DNA of 64,000 nucleotides from Devosia sp. (GCF_025809055.1 NZ_CP075529.1:349011-413010); one strand, 5' to 3'; counted from the first letter of the stretch, positions 45,161-54,266 are shown. Program-made: numbers and translations. Notes: generated by a model not told the origin, from the sequence alone.

Positions 45161-45756
45161 TGCAGATCCTCCAGCAGAGGCCGGAGCCGTTCATAGGCCA
45201 GTCTAAGTCTTGATTTCACGGTGCCCAGCGGAATGCCGAGCGTTTCCGCGATCTGGGCATGCGCCATGTCGTGCAGGAAGCTCAGCCGCACCACTTCCTG
45301 CTGCTCGCTCGAAAGCGCCCGCAGCGCGATCTTGACCTTTTCCACGGCCTCGACCTGCTCGACATGGGCGATGCCGATGGGCTCTTCGCTTTCCAGTTCA
45401 ACCTGCTCCAGGTCCTCATAGGGCCGGTTGGATTGGCGCCGCACCTGGTCGATGCGCAGGTTGCGGGCAATGGTGAAAAGCCAGGTGCTCGCCGCGCCGC
45501 GCTCCGGCGAATAAAGGTGCGCCTTACGCCACACGGCCAGGAATGTTTCCTGCACCAGGTCCTCGGCCATGGCATCGCCGGTGCCCAGGCGCAGCATCAT
45601 GGATTTGATCCGCGGGCCGAAATGGCCGAATAGCGCCGAAAGCGCCGATCGGTCCCGCAACTCGGCGATGCGCTGCACGAGGCTCGCCGCATCCTGGCTG
45701 TCCAGCGGCGCTGCGGACCGCTCCACGTTTTCATGTGTCATGGCCAGTGAATACAT
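45157..45756 (-). CDS. rpoE: ECF RNA polymerase sigma factor (RpoE, ECF11 group)
   Basis: Region 2 DLVQETFLAVWRKAHLY and region 4 IAETLGIPLGTVKSRLRLAYERL. The ATG at 45756 follows GAGGAG and lies downstream of the predicted promoter. The ORF-track start at 45810 would contain the promoter. Confidence 0.85.
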   Translation of the reverse strand: MYSLAMTHENVERSAAPLDSQDAASLVQRIAELRDRSALSALFGHFGPRIKSMMLRLGTGDAMAEDLVQETFLAVWRKAHLYSPERGAASTWLFTIARNLRIDQVRRQSNRPYEDLEQVELESEEPIGIAHVEQVEAVEKVKIALRALSSEQQEVVRLSFLHDMAHAQIAETLGIPLGTVKSRLRLAYERLRPLLEDLQ

Positions 45757-45783
45757 CCCCGGCTCCTCTGCTGCCAGCCTCTC

Positions 45784-45809
45784 TACGCGCAGAATTCTCG
45801 GATGGATCA
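45784..45809 (-). promoter_or_regulatory. Autoregulated ECF sigma-E promoter of rpoE-chrR
   Basis: The minus strand reads TGATCC-ATCCGAGAATTCTGCG-CGTA (N16). Confidence 0.55.
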
Positions 45810-45897
45810 CAGATGGCCCGATTTCAATAACATGACTTGACCGCTCTACATTATAGGATGTATCCGTCCGCTCATCGAAAACCGGATATTTCCTGCC

Positions 45898-46842
45898 ATG
45901 TTTCGCATTGCTGCAACTGCCCTCATCCTATTGTCGTCGACAGCAATTCCGGCCTTTGCCGAAGGCTGGACCTATACCGGCGGCGATGGCAAAACGGTCA
46001 CGCTTGACGCGGCGCCCGTGCGCATCATTGCCAGTCAGGATGCTGCCGCAGGCCTGATCCCGCTCGGCATTCGCCCCGTCGGCATCTACGCAGACAGCGC
46101 CGTAGCCGATGCCAAGGCATTGCAGGGGCTCGACCTTACGGGCATCGAGATCATCGGTCAGACCTGGGGCGAGGTGGACATCGAAAAGGCCGCGGCCCTC
46201 CAGCCCGATATCATCATTGGCGAATATTGGCCGCTCGATACGACCTGGTCCGGCGGCGATGAAGTGGTTGCAGCGCTCAGCCCGCTGGCACCGATTACCG
46301 GCCCGATCCAGGGCGATTCCATCCTCACCCTGATCGAAGACTACGAAGCCCTTGCCGAAAGCCTGGGCGCCGATCTGTCGGCTCCGGAAATCGCCGGCCA
46401 GAAGGCCACCTTTGAAACATCGCTTGACGGCTTCAAGGCCGCCGTTGCCGCCAAGCCCGATCTGACCGCGCTCGCCGTCTGGGCTGGCCCCGACGCACTC
46501 TATGTGGCGGCTACCCCCGGCTCGGCTGAGCTGATGGATTTCGCCAATTGGGGCCTGAAGCTGATCGACCCGGAAGTCGCGGATGATCGCGGCTACTGGG
46601 AAACCCTGTCCTGGGAAAATGCCGACAAGTACCAGCCCGATCTCATCCTGGTCGACAACCGCTCCGCTTCGACCATGGAAACGGCTCTTGCCCAGCCGAC
46701 CTGGACGCTGATGAAGGCCGCCGAAGCCGGTCAGGTGACCGATTGGCCGGCATTCTGGCTGCGCAATTATGCGGTCTATGCGGCCGAGCTCGACAAGCTG
46801 ACCGCCGCCATCACCGCAGCCGACGCTGAACTGGCACCCTGA
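45898..46842 (+). CDS. Iron-siderophore ABC transporter substrate-binding protein
   Basis: Signal peptide ...IPAFAEG and QPDIIIGEYW. First gene of an SBP-permease-permease-ATPase operon. Confidence 0.8.
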   Translation: MFRIAATALILLSSTAIPAFAEGWTYTGGDGKTVTLDAAPVRIIASQDAAAGLIPLGIRPVGIYADSAVADAKALQGLDLTGIEIIGQTWGEVDIEKAAALQPDIIIGEYWPLDTTWSGGDEVVAALSPLAPITGPIQGDSILTLIEDYEALAESLGADLSAPEIAGQKATFETSLDGFKAAVAAKPDLTALAVWAGPDALYVAATPGSAELMDFANWGLKLIDPEVADDRGYWETLSWENADKYQPDLILVDNRSASTMETALAQPTWTLMKAAEAGQVTDWPAFWLRNYAVYAAELDKLTAAITAADAELAP

Positions 46843-46850
46843 TCCGGGTC

Positions 46851-47879
46851 ATGGCTGTCGGGGCGACCCATTCCACCACGAGAACGGCCCGGCTGACGCT
46901 GGGCCTTCTGGCCTTGATCGTCATGCTCTGCGCGGTTGGTCTGCTGTCGCTGACAACGGGCGCGCGCGCCATCCCGGTGGAAAATGTCTGGGCGGCGCTC
47001 ACCGCCTATGATCCGTCGGCCACCGAGCATCGCATCATCTGGGATCTGCGTCTGCCGCGGACCGTGGCCGGGCTCCTCGTCGGTGCCGCCCTCGGCCTTG
47101 CCGGTTCGGTGCTGCAGGGCGCCACGCGCAATCCGCTGGCCGACCCCTCGATCCTGGGCATTCATGCCGGAGCGTCGCTCTTCGTGGTACTGGGGATTTC
47201 GCTCTTCGGCCTTGCCCAGCTCAGCCAATATGTCTGGCTGGCCTTTGCCGGGGCAGGGGCGGCTATGTTCGTCGTCTATTCGGTGGCCTCGCTCGGCCGC
47301 GAGGGCGCAACGCCGGTCAAGCTGGCTTTGGCCGGCGCCGCCATTACCGCGCTGCTCCATGCCATCATCAATGCCATCCTCCTCACCAGCCCGCGCACCC
47401 TCGACGAGCTGCGGTTCTGGCAGGTGGGCTCGCTCGCCGGTCGCGACATGACCATCGTGCTCCAGGTCGCGCCCTTTCTCGCGGCCGGGGCCGTCCTCGC
47501 CTTCGCCACCGCCCGTCTGCTCGATGGCCTGGCCATGGGCGATGATGTTGCCCGCGCCCTGGGCCAGCGGGTCGGCCTGTCGCGTGGGCTGGCGGGCCTC
47601 GCCGCCGTCATCCTGGCGGGCGGCAGTACCGCTGCGGCCGGTCCCATCGCCTTTGTCGGCCTCACCGTTCCCCATGTCGCCCGCGCCATAACCGGTCCCA
47701 GCTATCGCTGGATTCTGCCCTATTCCATGCTGTTGGCGCCCATTCTCCTGCTGGGTTCCGATGTGATCGGCCGGGTGATCGCACCGCCGGGCGAGGTGCA
47801 GGTCGGTATCGTCACCGCCTTCCTCGGCGCGCCCTTCTTCATCGCGCTGGTCCGGCGCCGCAAGCTGGCCACGCTATGA
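46851..47879 (+). CDS. FecCD-family iron-siderophore ABC permease
   Basis: LRLPRTVAGLLVGAALGLAGSVLQGATRNPLADPSILGI is a canonical FecCD motif. Confidence 0.88.
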   Translation: MAVGATHSTTRTARLTLGLLALIVMLCAVGLLSLTTGARAIPVENVWAALTAYDPSATEHRIIWDLRLPRTVAGLLVGAALGLAGSVLQGATRNPLADPSILGIHAGASLFVVLGISLFGLAQLSQYVWLAFAGAGAAMFVVYSVASLGREGATPVKLALAGAAITALLHAIINAILLTSPRTLDELRFWQVGSLAGRDMTIVLQVAPFLAAGAVLAFATARLLDGLAMGDDVARALGQRVGLSRGLAGLAAVILAGGSTAAAGPIAFVGLTVPHVARAITGPSYRWILPYSMLLAPILLLGSDVIGRVIAPPGEVQVGIVTAFLGAPFFIALVRRRKLATL

Positions 47880-48928
47880 CCCTGGCTGCTGCAACCCATC
47901 ACGTCCTCGCCGCCCGCAGCGGCGCCTCTGCCCGTCGGCGCGCCATCACCACGGGCCTCGTGGTCGCGCTGGTCCTGGCCTTTGCTGGCGCCATGTATTT
48001 TGGCGATTACCCGGTTCCGGCCGGGGACATTGTCCGCTCCTTGCTTTCGCCGCTGACCGGCCTGGCCGACCGCTCGGTCGATTTCATCGTCCTCCAGGTC
48101 CGCCTGCCGCGCGCCATTCTGGCCCTGCTCACCGGCGCCGCCTTTGGCCTGTCCGGAATCATTTTCCAAACGCTTTTGCGTAACCCCTTGGCCAGCCCCG
48201 ACATTATCGGCATCGCTCATGGCGCCAGCGCCGGGGCGGTGTTCTGCATCATCGTCCTCGGCTGGGCGGGGCTGGCCGTCTCGCTGGGCGGTTTTGCCGG
48301 CGCCGTGCTCACCGCCATCGCCATCTATCTGCTCGCCTGGCGCAATGGCGTCACGGCCTATCGCGTTGTGCTGATCGGCATCGGCATGGCCGCCATGCTG
48401 GCCGCCGTCATTTCCTACCTCTTCACCCGCGCCCGGCTGGTCGAAGTGCAGCAGGCGCTCGCCTGGCTGGTCGGCAGCCTCAATGCGGCCCGCCCCGGCG
48501 ACTCCATCGTCCTCGCCTGCGCCATGCTGGTGCTGATCCCGGCCATGGTGGTGCTGGGTCGTGGCCTTGATGCCATGGAACTGGGCGACGACACCGCCCG
48601 GGCCCTTGGCGCGCGCGTCGAAACCACCCGGCTGGGGCTGATGCTCGTGGCCGTGGGCTTTGCCGCCTTCGCGACGGCGGCGGTCGGTCCAGTCGGCTTC
48701 GTTGCCTTCGTTTCGGGGCCACTGGCCCGGGTGCTGCTCAAGGGGGCAGGGCGGGGCTTCCTGCAGGCTGGCCTCATCGGCGCCCTGGTGATGATTGTCT
48801 CGGACCTCATTGCCCAGCATGCCCTGCCCATGGTGCAATTGCCCGTGGGTGTCGTGACGGGTGCATGTGGTGCCCTGTTCCTGCTATGGCTGCTGATGGC
48901 CTCCGGCCGATCCGGCCGCGTCAACTGA
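47876..48928 (+). CDS. FecCD-family iron-siderophore ABC permease
   Basis: VRLPRAILALLTGAAFGLSGIIFQTLLRNPLASPDIIGI. ATGA overlap with the previous gene. Confidence 0.88.
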   Translation: MTLAAATHHVLAARSGASARRRAITTGLVVALVLAFAGAMYFGDYPVPAGDIVRSLLSPLTGLADRSVDFIVLQVRLPRAILALLTGAAFGLSGIIFQTLLRNPLASPDIIGIAHGASAGAVFCIIVLGWAGLAVSLGGFAGAVLTAIAIYLLAWRNGVTAYRVVLIGIGMAAMLAAVISYLFTRARLVEVQQALAWLVGSLNAARPGDSIVLACAMLVLIPAMVVLGRGLDAMELGDDTARALGARVETTRLGLMLVAVGFAAFATAAVGPVGFVAFVSGPLARVLLKGAGRGFLQAGLIGALVMIVSDLIAQHALPMVQLPVGVVTGACGALFLLWLLMASGRSGRVN

Positions 48929-48942
48929 TCGGAGCGCAGACT

Positions 48943-49755
48943 ATGTCCGCCAATCACCAGCTCATGGCCGCCGGCCTCGATCTTGCCTATGGCGATCGCC
49001 AGATCGTTTCGGCGCTGGATCTGTCCGTTCCGGCCGGCAAGCTGACCGTCATCGTCGGCGCCAATGCCTGTGGCAAGTCCACCCTGTTGCGCGGCCTCGC
49101 CCGCCTGTTGGTGCCCGCCCGCGGCGCGGTTTATCTCGATGGCAAGCCCATCCATCAGATGCCGACGCGCGAGGTTGCCACGGTGCTCGGCGTGCTGCCG
49201 CAGAGCCCGATCGCGCCCGACGCCATTACCGTGACTGATCTTGTCGGCCGCGGCCGCTATCCGCATCAGGGCTGGTTCCGCCGCTGGACGCCTGAAGACG
49301 ACGCAGCCGTCGCCGAAGCCCTGCGCGCCACCGATACGCTCGAGCTGGCCGAGCGCCCCGTCGATGAACTCTCGGGCGGCCAGCGCCAGCGCGTCTGGAT
49401 CGCCATGGCCCTGGCGCAGGAAACCGACCTGCTGCTGCTCGACGAGCCCACCACCTTCCTCGACATCAACCACCAGGTCGAAGTGCTCGATCTGTTGACC
49501 GATCTGGTCAAGGCCAGCGGCCGCACCGTGGTCGTCGTCCTGCACGACCTCAACCTTGCCTGCCGCTATGCCGATCACATCGTCGCCATGAAGGCCGGCC
49601 GCATCGTCGCCGAGGGCCGTCCGGTCGAGGTGATGACCGAGGCCGTGGTCGCCGACGTTTTCGGCATGACCTCGCGCATTGTCGTCGATCCTGTCTCCGA
49701 CACGCCCATGATCGTGCCCATCGGCCGCCATCACGTCGAGAAGGCGGTCGCCTAA
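48943..49755 (+). CDS. Iron-siderophore ABC transporter ATP-binding protein (FecE/FepC-like)
   Basis: Walker A GANACGKST, signature LSGGQRQRVWIAMAL, Walker B LLLLDEPTTFLD. The ATG follows GGAG. Confidence 0.9.
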   Translation: MSANHQLMAAGLDLAYGDRQIVSALDLSVPAGKLTVIVGANACGKSTLLRGLARLLVPARGAVYLDGKPIHQMPTREVATVLGVLPQSPIAPDAITVTDLVGRGRYPHQGWFRRWTPEDDAAVAEALRATDTLELAERPVDELSGGQRQRVWIAMALAQETDLLLLDEPTTFLDINHQVEVLDLLTDLVKASGRTVVVVLHDLNLACRYADHIVAMKAGRIVAEGRPVEVMTEAVVADVFGMTSRIVVDPVSDTPMIVPIGRHHVEKAVA

Positions 49756-50396
49756 CCGGCCGTCACCCGCCTCATCCAGCCCGCGGTTTCCTCGGCCATG
49801 GCCCGCAGATGATCCGCCGTCGAAAATCCGGACATGGTCTTTCTCGGCTTCAGGTCATGGTCGCCATCCTCGAGCCATTTGAGCGTGATGGCCGGCGATA
49901 GCCCATAGGTCTCGACCTCGGCCCGCGTCCCGAACACATCGCGCGTGCCCTGCACGATCAGCGTCGGCGTCTTCAGCGTTTCAAGATGCGCAGTGCGCAG
50001 GTTTTCCGGCTTTTCGGGCGGGTGAAACGGATAGCCCAGGCACACGAGCCCCTTGATCGTCCCGTCGGCATAAAGCGCGTCGGCCACCATGCTCGCCACC
50101 CGTCCGCCCATGGATTTGCCGCCGATGAACAGCGCGCCGCCCTGCATATCCAGCGCTTCGACGGCCGCCATGAACTCCGGCATGACCTTTTCCGCCTTGG
50201 GCGGCGGCTTGCGCGTGCCCTCCCGCCGCGCCGCCATATAGCCGAACTCGAACCGCGCCACCCGGATTCCAGCCTTTGCCAGCGCCGCGCTCGTCGCCGT
50301 CATCGACGCCGAATCCATCGGCGCGCCCGCGCCATGCGCCAGTAGCAGCGTAAAGGGCGCCGCCTCCGGTCCCTCGATCATGAATTCCAGCGCCAT
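49752..50396 (-). CDS. Alpha/beta-fold hydrolase (KANL3/Tex30-like)
   Basis: LLLAHGAGAPMDS and nucleophile elbow GGKSMGGRV. Confidence 0.7.
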   Translation of the reverse strand: MALEFMIEGPEAAPFTLLLAHGAGAPMDSASMTATSAALAKAGIRVARFEFGYMAARREGTRKPPPKAEKVMPEFMAAVEALDMQGGALFIGGKSMGGRVASMVADALYADGTIKGLVCLGYPFHPPEKPENLRTAHLETLKTPTLIVQGTRDVFGTRAEVETYGLSPAITLKWLEDGDHDLKPRKTMSGFSTADHLRAMAEETAGWMRRVTAG

Positions 50397-50504
50397 AAGC
50401 GGCCTCCTGTTGATCGCTCCCTGTCAGCGTTTGTGCGCCGGGTCAATGTCCCTGTGCACAAGGCAACCCCGGCTGCGCCACCGCATTGACTTCCGCCTGC
50501 AAAA

Positions 50505-50519
50505 GAACAAAACTAGAAC
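50505..50519. promoter_or_regulatory. Alphaproteobacterial LexA (SOS) box
   Basis: GAAC-AAAACTA-GAAC (GAAC-N7-GAAC direct repeat), 23 nt upstream of the dinB ATG. TTGAC lies at 50486-50490. Confidence 0.65.
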
Positions 50520-50541
50520 AAACTTCCGCACGGGGGCCGAA

Positions 50542-51804
50542 ATGGCTGCTGCAGCGAACATCCTTCACGCCGATCTCGATTCCTTCTACGCCTCGGTCGA
50601 GCAATTGCTGAACCCCGATCTGCGCGGCAAGGCTATCGCGGTGGGCGGCGGGGTGGTGCTGGCCGCCTCCTATGAGGCCAAGGCCTTTGGCGTCAAAGGC
50701 GGCATGTCGGGCCGCCGCGCCCGCGAGCTCTGTCCCCACCTCATCTTCACCGGCGGCCATTTCGCCGAGTACCAGCGCCTCGGCGACGCCGCCATCGATG
50801 TCCTGCGCGACTATACCCCCCTGGTCGAGCGCATTTCCATCGACGAGGCCTTTGCCGATGTTTCCGGCTGCACCCATCTCTTCGGCCCGCCCGAGGAGAT
50901 CGCCCGCACCATTCGCCGCCGCGTGCGCGATGAGATCGGCCTGCCCATTTCGGTCGGCGTGGCCCGCACCAAGCACCTCGCCAAGGTCGCCTCGCAGGTC
51001 GCCAAGCCCGATGGGCTGGTGCTGGTCGCTCCTGGCACCGAGCTGGACTTCCTTCACGATCTGCCCGTGGGCCTCATGTGGGGCGTCGGCCCGGTGACCG
51101 AGGCCAAGCTTAAGGATCAGGGCATTCTCACCATCGGCCAATTGGCTGCCACGCCCGGCCGCTCGCTGCGCGGGCTCCTGGGCGAGGCGGTGGGCGACAA
51201 GCTGTCCGACCTGGCCTGGGATCGTGACACCCGCGTCGTCGCCACCGGCCACCGCGCCCGCTCCGCCGGCGCCCAGTCGGCCCTTGGCCGCCGCCCCGCC
51301 ACCGAAGCGGTCTATAAACCCACCCTGCGCCATCTGGCCGATCGGGTCACCTCGCGCCTGCGCGCCAAGTCACTGGCCGGCCGCACCATCACCATTCGCA
51401 TCCGCTTTGCCGATATGCGCTCCATCACCCGCGCCCTGACCCTCGATGCCCCGGTGTCGGCCACCGCCATCGTGGCCGAAGTCGCCGAAGACCTGGTGCG
51501 CGCCGCCCTTGCCGAACATGCCCGGGAAAAGGTCATTACGCTCCTGGCCGTGTCAGTCTCCCATATCGACAAGCAGCCCCATATTCAGCTCGAACTGCCC
51601 CTTGGCCTGGGCGACGAAAACCGCCGCCCCGGCTCAGCCCGCGGCGCCGCTCGCTGGTCCGCCGACCGCGCCATGGACAAGGCCCGCACCCGCTTCGGCC
51701 GCGACGCCATCGGCTACGCCATAACCCAACTCGAAAAACGCCCCACCGTCCCCGACGCCTTCCGCGAGCTGGCGGAAAAGGATATGGGCCGGGCAGGGGG
51801 ATGA
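50542..51804 (+). CDS. dinB: DNA polymerase IV (Y-family)
   Basis: ILHADLDSFYASVEQ, LERISIDEAFADVSG and PISVGVARTKHLAKVAS. Confidence 0.9.
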   Translation: MAAAANILHADLDSFYASVEQLLNPDLRGKAIAVGGGVVLAASYEAKAFGVKGGMSGRRARELCPHLIFTGGHFAEYQRLGDAAIDVLRDYTPLVERISIDEAFADVSGCTHLFGPPEEIARTIRRRVRDEIGLPISVGVARTKHLAKVASQVAKPDGLVLVAPGTELDFLHDLPVGLMWGVGPVTEAKLKDQGILTIGQLAATPGRSLRGLLGEAVGDKLSDLAWDRDTRVVATGHRARSAGAQSALGRRPATEAVYKPTLRHLADRVTSRLRAKSLAGRTITIRIRFADMRSITRALTLDAPVSATAIVAEVAEDLVRAALAEHAREKVITLLAVSVSHIDKQPHIQLELPLGLGDENRRPGSARGAARWSADRAMDKARTRFGRDAIGYAITQLEKRPTVPDAFRELAEKDMGRAGG

Positions 51805-51964
51805 GCAAGGCGAGGGTCGAGCCCGAGGGTGACGTTCGGTGGGGGCTGGAAAGCCGGGAGCCCTGGCAACGAGAGTGGCCGGATTCGATCCACTCTTGCC
51901 ACTGACGGTCCCCGTGCCTTGGCCTGAAACCTGTCATGAAAATCGAAAGCACGATGGCATCAGG

Positions 51965-53233
51965 TCAGGCCTTGACCATGTTGCGCTCGATTTGCAGCAG
52001 CGGGCGCGAGGCGAAGCCTATCAGCGTGATAAGGCCCCCCGCGGCGCCCATGACAATGAACAGCATTTGGATGCCGATCATCTCGCCAAGCGGGGTGGCG
52101 AGAGCAAGCCCGATCGGTGCGCCCAGGCCTACCATGGTATTGAGCAGCGACAGGACGCGGCCCTGCAATTGGTTTGGCACGGTAGTTTGCAGGATGGCGA
52201 TCAAGGGCCCATTGCCAAGGATATAGAACACGCTGCTCAGGCACCAGAAAGCTGCGGCAAGGCCAATCCAGTTTCCCGGTACCAGAGCCGTAAACGCGAC
52301 CGAGAAACAGGAAATTGCGAAGCCCCATAGTACCCAGAGGATTTTGCGCTTGGGTGCTATGGCCGCGACGATGATGCCCGCCGCTATCATCCCAGCACCG
52401 GACAGGCCTTCCATGAGGGCAACCTGTGGCGCCGCGCCGCCGAAATACTCCTTCACCAGCAGGGGAATGAGCGTGAAAGCAGGCATGATGGCGATGATCG
52501 TAACGAACAAAAGCCCATAGAGGCGGCGCAGCCCGCCATTGTGCCAAACGGTGCTGACGCCTTCGCGCAGCTCCTTCCAAACGCCGAGCCGATCCGCGAC
52601 CGCAATACGCACTTGCGGAATGCGGTAAATCAGCAGCGGCATGATGCCAAATGCCGCCGTGACAATATCGATCATCAGGGCGTAGCCAATAGGCATGACG
52701 GAGATCGCGAGCGCCCCAAGAGGGGCTGCGGCCACCAGCATGATGCCGCTCAAGGTCTGGTTCAGCCCGGCAGCGCGAGAAATGAAGCTTTCCGGCACAA
52801 GCATGGCCGTGCTTGCCGCTGCTGCGGGTTGCTGGAATGCCTGCATCGAGCTGCGAATAAACATCATGGTGTAGATGTGCCAAAGCTCGATGCTGTTGGT
52901 CACGAACAGCGCAATCAGCACCATCATGCACATGGCGCTGATCGCGTCTGCAGTGATCATGATGATGCGCCGGTTGTAACGGTCGGCAAAGGTGCCGCCA
53001 ATAGGTCCGAGCAGCGCTTGAGGAAGCAGCGCAAACATGCCTGCAAGGGCTAGTGCTGACACGCTTCCCGTTGTGTCGGTGATCCACCAGAGCAGCACAA
53101 ATTGCGTTAGGGCCGAGCCGATCATAGAGGATGCCTGCCCGCCAAAGATCGACCAATAGCGGCACTGCCAATGCGGCCCCGGATTGCCCATCGACGCGGG
53201 ATCGGCGACAGATGCTATGGGGATATCGACCAC
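51965..53233 (-). CDS. MFS transporter (EntS/DUF894-like)
   Basis: Twelve hydrophobic helices and the loop motif GGTFADRYNRRIIM. It is divergent from a TetR gene. Confidence 0.75.
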   Translation of the reverse strand: MVDIPIASVADPASMGNPGPHWQCRYWSIFGGQASSMIGSALTQFVLLWWITDTTGSVSALALAGMFALLPQALLGPIGGTFADRYNRRIIMITADAISAMCMMVLIALFVTNSIELWHIYTMMFIRSSMQAFQQPAAAASTAMLVPESFISRAAGLNQTLSGIMLVAAAPLGALAISVMPIGYALMIDIVTAAFGIMPLLIYRIPQVRIAVADRLGVWKELREGVSTVWHNGGLRRLYGLLFVTIIAIMPAFTLIPLLVKEYFGGAAPQVALMEGLSGAGMIAAGIIVAAIAPKRKILWVLWGFAISCFSVAFTALVPGNWIGLAAAFWCLSSVFYILGNGPLIAILQTTVPNQLQGRVLSLLNTMVGLGAPIGLALATPLGEMIGIQMLFIVMGAAGGLITLIGFASRPLLQIERNMVKA

Positions 53234-53313
53234 GATAAATCACTTGCTTGATAAGAAACCAACCGAGCGGTATCTTACATATTCCCTTTTGTCCAGTCGA
53301 TGAGTTTTTGCCG

Positions 53314-53889
53314 ATGCCAGCCAATGCCTATAGCCGCAAAAAGCAGCCTGACTTGGTGCGCCGCGCTCTTTTGGATGAGGCGGCGCAACTCGCTATGGAG
53401 GGCGGCCTGTCGGCTGTGACAGTGCAGGCGGTTGCGGCAGCGGCAGGTGTGACCAAGGGTGGCCTCTTCCATCATTTCGCCAGCAAGCAGGCTCTGGTCG
53501 AGGCCATGTTTGCCGATGTCATGGAGCGATTTGACGCCGAGATCGACGCGAATTTGCCGGAAGAGGTCGGCGAGTTTGGACGATTTACCCGGGCCTATGT
53601 CGAAACCCTGTTAGGCGGCAGCGAAACGAATGTTGGCGAAACCTTTGACATGCTTTCTGCGGCGATGATGACCGATGCCAATTTGGCGGTGTTGTGGTCG
53701 GATTGGCTGCGATTGCGAATGGAGCGTCATCGCGACACTGACTCCGACCCCAGCCTGGAAATCGTCCGGTTCGCTGCAGATGGCGCTTGGCTAAATCTCC
53801 AATGCCAAGGCCGCGCACGATCTTCAGCAGGCACGATCCGGGAGCGAATTGTCGCGATGATAGGCCAGCAACCCCCTGCGATTGCGTAG
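53314..53889 (+). CDS. TetR/AcrR-family transcriptional regulator
   Basis: HTH region LSAVTVQAVAAAAGVTKGGLFHHFASKQALV. Confidence 0.85.
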   Translation: MPANAYSRKKQPDLVRRALLDEAAQLAMEGGLSAVTVQAVAAAAGVTKGGLFHHFASKQALVEAMFADVMERFDAEIDANLPEEVGEFGRFTRAYVETLLGGSETNVGETFDMLSAAMMTDANLAVLWSDWLRLRMERHRDTDSDPSLEIVRFAADGAWLNLQCQGRARSSAGTIRERIVAMIGQQPPAIA

Positions 53890-54029
53890 CCTGAAGCGCA
53901 GAAGTCATGGACCTCTGGTGATGACCGGTGTCGAGGCACGCTTTCCGAGAGCGGACAGTCCGCAAACACGCCAAAACGGCCCACTGGATATGGCCGCCGA
54001 GCAAAACAACACAACAATTCCAGGAAAAC

Positions 54030-54104
54030 TGGTACGCCCAAGGGGAATCGAACCCCTGTTTACGCCGTGAGAGGGCGTCGTCCTGACCGCTAGACGATGG
54101 GCGC
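54030..54104 (-). tRNA. tRNA-Glu (anticodon CUC)
   Basis: Reverse complement GCGCCCATCGTCTAGCGGTCAGGACGACGCCCTCTCACGGCGTAAACAGGGGTTCGATTCCCCTTGGGCGTACCA. Anticodon loop CTCTCAC. Confidence 0.85.
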
Positions 54105-54145
54105 ACGGTCATCGCTGTTCCGTCCCGGCTCGCAAGCGGGGAAGG

Positions 54146-54220
54146 TGGTACGCCCTAGGGGAATCGAACCCCTCTCTGCACCGTGAAAGGGTGCCGTCCT
54201 AACCGATAGACGAAGGGCGC
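54146..54220 (-). tRNA. tRNA-Glu (anticodon UUC)
   Basis: Reverse complement GCGCCCTTCGTCTATCGGTTAGGACGGCACCCTTTCACGGTGCAGAGAGGGGTTCGATTCCCCTAGGGCGTACCA. Anticodon loop CTTTCAC. Confidence 0.85.
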
Positions 54221-54237
54221 ATCTGCGCGATGGGGGT

Positions 54238-54266
54238 CGTATAGTTTGGCGCGTCTGATTGCGCAA
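54238..54266 (-). promoter_or_regulatory. Candidate sigma-70 promoter of the tRNA-Glu tandem
   Basis: The minus strand reads TTGCGC-N17-TATACG, ending 17 nt upstream of the first tRNA. Confidence 0.35.

Noticed and set aside
45811-45897. Search for Fur / RirA (TGA-N9-TCA) / Irr (ICE) boxes upstream of the siderophore ABC operon
   Set aside because: Only a short AT-rich inverted repeat (TACAT-N6-ATGTA) is present. No convincing match to any of the recalled consensus sequences was found, so no iron box is claimed.
18790-51804. N-terminally extended versions of several ORFs in the track (P450 509 aa, ClpP 244 aa, ClpX 437 aa, GlpX 344 aa, DinB 474 aa, GT1 458 aa, second binding protein 395 aa, CFA synthase 447 aa)
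   Set aside because: The extensions overlap neighbouring genes, promoters or repeats and lack family-typical sequence. Internal starts with SD-like purine tracts reproduce canonical N-termini.
51872-51896. GGATTCGATCC string resembling a tRNA T-loop (possible tRNA fragment or att site) between dinB and the MFS gene
   Set aside because: It folds as a 7-bp stem with an 11-nt loop, not a 5-bp/7-nt T-arm. No acceptor, D or anticodon arms flank it, and no integrase is nearby. It is probably just a transcript-end hairpin between convergent genes.
51960-53324. 454-aa ORF in an alternative minus-strand frame over the MFS gene
   Set aside because: The neighbouring frame (51965..53233) gives 12 regular hydrophobic helices and MFS loop motifs. 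This frame gives an Arg/His/Cys-rich sequence.
53585-54112. 175-aa minus-strand ORF spanning the tetR 3' end and tRNA-Glu
   Set aside because: It overlaps a tRNA gene and the TetR coding region, and it has no motifs.
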